A DNA stretch of 64,000 bases from assembly GCF_024502345.1 (NCBI RefSeq), contig NZ_JALDNN010000001.1, one strand, 5' to 3'. Origin of the DNA: Escherichia coli. Its GTDB lineage: Bacteria; Pseudomonadota; Gammaproteobacteria; Enterobacterales; Enterobacteriaceae. The stretch's first letter is position 1; the number at the start of each line of letters is the position of its first letter. A program made the position numbers and the translations under genes. The notes below the pieces were generated by a model. It did not search any database. It was given only the letters and a program-made list of their open reading frames with translations, and was not told the DNA's origin. Positions 59,261 to 64,000 of this stretch are shown here, piece after piece.

Positions 59261-60631
59261 ATGGCTCGTTCTTTTAAAGTCTTATCGCCAACGGCAATCC
59301 TCGGGTATGGATTCCCGGAAGAGAGCTTCCGCAAAGCGATGGCAGAATCGCCCGATCTGATCGCCGTTGATGCAGGCTCTTCCGATCCAGGCCCCCACTA
59401 CCTCGGGGCAGGCAAACCGTTTACCGATCGCGCAGGGGTCAAGCGCGATCTGCGCTATATGATCACCGCAGGCGTGCAAAATAATATACCGGTGGTGATC
59501 GGAACGGCTGGCGGTTCTGGTGCCGCACCACACCTGGAGTGGTGCCGAGAAATAATTCATGAGATTGCCCGGGAAGAGCACCTCTCGTTCTCGATGGCGC
59601 TGATCCCGGCAGACGTTGACAAAGCCATCGTCCACCAGGCGCTGGATAACGGCAAAATCACGGCGCTGGAGTTTGTCCCGCCGTTAACCCACGACGCGAT
59701 TGACGAAAGTACGTATATCGTCGCGCAAATGGGCATCGAACCCTTCCAGCGTGCGCTAAAAGAAGGCGCGCAAGTGGTGCTGGGTGGGCGCGCTTACGAC
59801 CCGGCCTGCTTTGCTGCGCTACCGATCATGCAAGGCTTTGATGAAGGTCTGGCGCTGCATTGTGGGAAAATCCTTGAGTGCGCAGCAATCGCCGCAACGC
59901 CCGGCTCAGGCTCTGACTGTGCGATGGGCATCATTGATGACAACGGCTTTACGCTGAAGACATTTAATCCGAAGCGTAAATTTACCGAAACGTCAGCAGC
60001 TGCACACACACTGTATGAGAAATCCGATCCTTACTTCCTGCCAGGACCTGGCGGCGTGTTGAATCTGAAAGGCTGCACATTTAAAGCGGTCAATAACGGC
60101 GAAGTGTACGTCAGCGGTTCTAAGCATGAAGAAACGCCGTATGCCCTGAAACTGGAAGGTGCACGACGGGTGGGCTTCCGCTGTCTGACCATCGCCGGAA
60201 CGCGCGACCCGATTATGATCGCCGGGATCGATAAAATCATCGATGAAGTCAAAACCAGCGTTTCGCGTAACCTGTCGCTCGACGATGACAGCATTCGCAT
60301 CAATTTCCACCTGTACGGCAAAAACGGGGTGATGGGAGACCATGAACCGATGCAAACTGCCGGGCATGAGCTGGGGATTGTCCTTGATGTAGTTGCACCG
60401 ACCCAGGAAATTGCCAACAGCGTTTGCTCGCTGGTGCGCTCTACCATGCTGCACTACGGCTATGAAAACCGCATCGCTACCGCAGGCAATCTGGCGTTCC
60501 CGTTCTCCCCTTCTGATATCCAGGGCGGGCCGGTATACGAATTTTCCATATATCACCTGATTGAAGCCAACGACGCTCTGCGTTTTGATTTCCATATTGA
60601 ACAGGTGACGCCAGAAGGAGTTCAGGCATGA
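59261..60631 (+). CDS. DUF1446 (AtuA N-terminal domain-like) protein of unknown function
   Basis: 456 aa ORF 4 nt after mal; family assignment from memory, not searched. Confidence 0.7.
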   Translation: MARSFKVLSPTAILGYGFPEESFRKAMAESPDLIAVDAGSSDPGPHYLGAGKPFTDRAGVKRDLRYMITAGVQNNIPVVIGTAGGSGAAPHLEWCREIIHEIAREEHLSFSMALIPADVDKAIVHQALDNGKITALEFVPPLTHDAIDESTYIVAQMGIEPFQRALKEGAQVVLGGRAYDPACFAALPIMQGFDEGLALHCGKILECAAIAATPGSGSDCAMGIIDDNGFTLKTFNPKRKFTETSAAAHTLYEKSDPYFLPGPGGVLNLKGCTFKAVNNGEVYVSGSKHEETPYALKLEGARRVGFRCLTIAGTRDPIMIAGIDKIIDEVKTSVSRNLSLDDDSIRINFHLYGKNGVMGDHEPMQTAGHELGIVLDVVAPTQEIANSVCSLVRSTMLHYGYENRIATAGNLAFPFSPSDIQGGPVYEFSIYHLIEANDALRFDFHIEQVTPEGVQA

Positions 60632-60945
60632 AACAGTCAATTGTCTCACTGGCGCAAGTCATTCGTTCGAAAAATGCCGGACCTTACGAACTGGTTTTAG
60701 ATATTTTATTTAAAACGAAAGAAAACTATGAGCGAGTTAAATCATCAGGGCAATTAACCCCAGAACTGATTGCGCGCTTATATCATGTTGAACCTGACTT
60801 TATTCATCGTATTGTCTGGTTTGATCCTTCTAACGCAGTAAAAATCGTCATGCCACGAGATATTATCTCCGGGAATGTAGGTGACAATGATGTCTATGGT
60901 GCACAGCAACATGCACCTTTATTAAATATGAGTTTCGATTTGTAA
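60628..60945 (+). CDS. DUF4387 (AtuA C-terminal domain-like) small protein
   Basis: 105 aa ORF overlapping preceding ORF by 4 nt (ATGA); family assignment from memory. Confidence 0.65.
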   Translation: MKQSIVSLAQVIRSKNAGPYELVLDILFKTKENYERVKSSGQLTPELIARLYHVEPDFIHRIVWFDPSNAVKIVMPRDIISGNVGDNDVYGAQQHAPLLNMSFDL

Positions 60946-61028
60946 AAATCCGAATACTTTTAGCCAACTGACATCCCGTCACTTATTACAGTTCAACACT
61001 TCAGCTATTTGTAAGGTTGTAATAGCAG

Positions 61029-61060
61029 GTAGATGCCTGAATCTCTATTCAGGCATCTAC
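61029..61060 (+). terminator. Inverted repeat / possible attenuator between DUF4387 gene and transporter gene
   Basis: gtagatgcctgaatctctattcaggcatctac perfect 14 bp stem; no clean U-tract. Confidence 0.4.
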
Positions 61061-61084
61061 TTCTCCTGATTCTGATTTATCGCC

Positions 61085-61378
61085 GTGCACCTGATGGAGG
61101 AAAAAATGAAGAAAATAAGTTTAACCACGATGATTCTTTTGGCGCTGGTACTTGGAATGATTATCGGCGTAGTGCTCAATAACACTGTTTCACCGGAAAC
61201 AGCAAAACTCTATGCGCAAGAAATATCGATATTCACGACGATTTTCTTACGACTGATAAAAATGATTATCGCTCCGTTAGTGGTCTCTACCCTGGTGGTA
61301 GGTATTGCTAAAATGGGAGATGCCAAAGCCCTTGGTCGTATTTTTTCTAAAACACTCTTTTTATTTATTTGCGCCTCA
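61085..61378 (+). pseudogene. 5' fragment (98 codons) of a DAACS-family (GltP/DctA-like) dicarboxylate/amino acid:cation symporter gene, truncated by IS1
   Basis: [30 protein letters not shown] matches the GltP N-terminal signature; reading frame runs into IS1 and stops after 8 IS1-encoded codons. Confidence 0.85.
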
Positions 61379-61433
61379 GGTGATGCTGCCAACTTACTGA
61401 TTTAGTGTATGATGGTGTTTTTGAGGTGCTCCA

Positions 61434-61709
61434 GTGGCTTCTGTTTCTATCAGCTGTCCCTCCTGTTCAGCTACTGACGGGGTGGTGCGTAACGGCAAAA
61501 GCACCGCCGGACATCAGCGCTATCTCTGCTCTCACTGCCGTAAAACATGGCAACTGCAGTTCACTTACACCGCTTCTCAACCCGGTACGCACCAGAAAAT
61601 CATTGATATGGCCATGAATGGCGTTGGATGCCGGGCAACCGCCCGCATTATGGGCGTTGGCCTCAACACGATTTTCCGCCATTTAAAAAACTCAGGCCGC
61701 AGTCGGTAA
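61434..61709 (+). CDS. insA: IS1 protein InsA
   Basis: 91 aa; zinc-finger CPSC..CSHC; matches remembered InsA. Confidence 0.95.
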   Translation: MASVSISCPSCSATDGVVRNGKSTAGHQRYLCSHCRKTWQLQFTYTASQPGTHQKIIDMAMNGVGCRATARIMGVGLNTIFRHLKNSGRSR

Positions 61710-62131
61710 CCTCGCGCATACAGCCGGGCAGTGACGTCATCGTCTGCGCGGAAATGGACGAACAGTGGGGATACGTCGGGGCTAAATCGCGCCAGCGCTG
61801 GCTGTTTTACGCGTATGACAGGCTCCGGAAGACGGTTGTTGCGCACGTATTCGGTGAACGCACTATGGCGACGCTGGGGCGTCTTATGAGCCTGCTGTCA
61901 CCCTTTGACGTGGTGATATGGATGACGGATGGCTGGCCGCTGTATGAATCCCGCCTGAAGGGAAAGCTGCACGTAATCAGCAAGCGATATACGCAGCGAA
62001 TTGAGCGGCATAACCTGAATCTGAGGCAGCACCTGGCACGGCTGGGACGGAAGTCGCTGTCGTTCTCAAAATCGGTGGAGCTGCATGACAAAGTCATCGG
62101 GCATTATCTGAACATAAAACACTATCAATAA
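61628..62131 (+). CDS. insB: IS1 transposase InsB (expressed as InsAB' by -1 frameshift)
   Basis: 167 aa ORF in -1 frame relative to insA. Confidence 0.93.
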   Translation: MPGNRPHYGRWPQHDFPPFKKLRPQSVTSRIQPGSDVIVCAEMDEQWGYVGAKSRQRWLFYAYDRLRKTVVAHVFGERTMATLGRLMSLLSPFDVVIWMTDGWPLYESRLKGKLHVISKRYTQRIERHNLNLRQHLARLGRKSLSFSKSVELHDKVIGHYLNIKHYQ

Positions 62132-62146
62132 GTTGGAGTCATTACC

Positions 62147-62555
62147 AATCGCCGTTATTAGCTAAAGAATGAATATTAACAATAATATCGGGATGTAACT
62201 TTGTGAATTCATGTAAATTTGGGATTAACCAGTGGGTACTAAAAGTAGGATTAACGGCAAGTTCAATAACCTGAACCGTAGGCTGCCAGGTCATAATGGT
62301 ATTGGTATCGCGTTCCAGCTTATTTAATGTTTCTTTTACTATCCCCAGGTAATACTTCCCTGCATCATTAAGAAAAATGCGTTTTTTAGAGTGTGAAAAT
62401 AACGGAGTACGTAAAAATTCCTCCAGCGCACTTACTTGTCTGAATACTGCACTTTGGGTTAACGCTAACTCCTCTGCCGCTCTGGTATAACTTTCATGAC
62501 GTGCGACGACCTCAAAAGTCACCAGCAGTTCCGTTTTAGGTATTTTCCCTCGCAT
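62147..62555 (-). pseudogene. LysR-family regulator, 3'-truncated by IS1 (only about 135 N-terminal codons remain)
   Basis: LysR HTH (TFEVVARHESYTRAAEELALTQSAVFRQVSALE); last codon and stop are supplied by the IS1 end. Confidence 0.85.
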
Positions 62556-63118
62556 AATGCCGTCCCTTAAAAATAGTTTAAACCATCAAAAATACATTAC
62601 TTATTACGAAGTAATGGTAACAAAGCAGCAATAAATAATTTATAAGAATCATGATTGACATTTATAAACCAGTAAGGCTGGCGTGACAAATATCTTAATC
62701 AGATAATAATAATCCGAAAAGCACAGCGCCTTTCGAATTATCCGGAATCACATTAAGTGAAAATTATTAAATTGATATCATTTATCATATCTGTGGATAT
62801 TATGATAAACAATCAACAAAGATTTTATTTTTGATTTATAGCATATCCATCTAAGAATTTTTGCGATGCTGCAATATCCGGGGTAAAGACCCGATCCTGG
62901 CTGACAAATGGCACGACTTGACGAAAAGCGGTGAACATCGCTTTTGTTGATTTACTTAACGCTACGGTCAAACGCTGGGAAGCCAGTGCATCAGGTAACG
63001 ATTCGAAATTCGCCGTCGTTCTTATTCGTGGCTTGCGGTCGGTCGCGGCAATCCACAGTGGCTGTGGTCATGCAGTCAAGCCTGCAGTCAGATTTCGACC
63101 GTGGTTAACCGTTTAAGG

Positions 63119-63220
63119 TATAAAAAAGGCCATCATACGATGGCCAACCATGTCGAAACCGACAGCCCTTCGCCATTCCTGTAGAGGGAAGCGGCGAGGG
63201 CTATTTCTTATTACAGATAT
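63119..63220 (-). ncRNA. sdhX: sucD 3'UTR with terminator; expected location of 3'UTR-derived sRNA SdhX
   Basis: Immediately after sucD stop; ends in hairpin ggccatcgtatgatggcc + T6; SdhX is reported to derive from the sdh-suc operon 3' end. Confidence 0.55.
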
Positions 63221-64000
63221 TTATTTCAGAACAGTTTTCAGTGCTTCACCGATATCCGCCAGGCTGCGAACGGTTTTCACGCCTGCGGCTTCCAGAGCAG
63301 CGAATTTCTCATCCGCAGTCCCTTTCCCACCGGCAATGATGGCACCCGCGTGGCCCATACGTTTGCCTTTCGGCGCAGTCACACCAGCGATGTAACCCAC
63401 AACTGGCTTGGTAACGTGCTCTTTGATGTACGCAGCTGCTTCTTCTTCAGCGCTACCGCCGATCTCACCGATCATCACGATCGCTTCGGTCTGCGGATCT
63501 TTTTCGAACATTTCGAGAATGTCGATAAAGTTAGAGCCAGGGATCGGGTCACCGCCGATACCGACACAGGTCGACTGACCGAAACCGTAATCCGTGGTCT
63601 GTTTAACCGCTTCATAGGTCAGTGTACCGGAACGGGAAACGATACCCACTTTACCCGGTTTGTGAATGTGACCCGGCTGGATACCGATTTTGCATTCACC
63701 CGGAGTGATAACGCCCGGGCAGTTCGGGCCGATCATACGAACGCCGGCTTCGTCCAGTTTCACTTTCACAGTCAGCATATCCAGCGTCGGGATGCCTTCA
63801 GTGATGGTGATAATCAGTTTGATGCCTGCATCAATAGCTTCCAGAATGGAGTCTTTGCAGAACGGTGCTGGTACGTAGATAACAGAAGCGGTAGCGCCAG
63901 TAGCAGCAACAGCTTCACGCACGGTGTTGAACACCGGCAGGCCGAGGTGGGTAGTACCGCCTTTACCTGGGGTTACGCCGCCAACCATTTTAGTGCCGTA
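63221..64000 (-). CDS. sucD: Succinyl-CoA synthetase alpha subunit, 5'-partial (start beyond window end)
   Basis: Frame open to window edge; matches remembered SucD through C-terminal ..ALKTVLK. Confidence 0.95.

Larger units (their letters stand above)
61379..62146 (+). mobile_element. IS1: Insertion sequence IS1 (768 bp, intact)
   Basis: Terminal inverted repeats ggtgatgctgccaacttactgat / atcaataagttggagtcattacc; insA and insB present; flanking 9-mers differ (tgcgcctca vs aatcgccgt). Confidence 0.95.

Noticed and set aside
62556-63118. 61 aa ORF (62931..63116) and AT-rich DNA between the truncated LysR gene and sucD
   Set aside because: No RBS or conservation evidence for the ORF; the region is most simply the LysR promoter plus the sucD terminator.

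Overview
This window reads as an Escherichia coli chromosomal segment, in reverse orientation relative to K-12 numbering, running from clsB to sucD. Identification is by reading the six-frame translations and DNA motifs against remembered E. coli sequences; no similarity search, GC calculation or structure prediction was run. About 52 kb is conserved core: clsB-ybhN, ybhM, ybhL, moaABCDE, ybhK, uvrB, bioDCFB/bioA, ybhB, ybhC, ybhJ-ybhI-ybhH/ybhD, pgl, ybhA, modCBA-acrZ/modEF, galETKM, gpmA, aroG, ybgS, zitB, pnuC-nadA, the seven-gene lysT tRNA operon (5 tRNA-Lys, 2 tRNA-Val), cpoB-pal-tolBARQ-ybgC and ybgE-cydX-cydBA. Recognisable regulatory sites include the uvrB LexA box, the bio operator, the modA ModE operator, gal OE/OI, and TyrR, NadR and FNR boxes. 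The interesting part is a roughly 10.5 kb accessory island between cydA and sucD, where K-12 (from memory) carries mngR-mngAB. It contains two AT-rich orphan ORFs (314 and 140 aa) with no recognisable motifs, which are the best candidate for an undescribed module. Next is a translationally coupled glutamate mutase / methylaspartate ammonia-lyase operon (glmS-glmL-glmE-mal) extended by a split AtuA-like DUF1446/DUF4387 pair of unknown function. The island ends in a 5' fragment of a DAACS transporter gene, an intact 768 bp IS1 with no target-site duplication, and a 3'-truncated LysR regulator, which points to an IS1-mediated deletion. No CRISPR array, prophage or integrase was seen.
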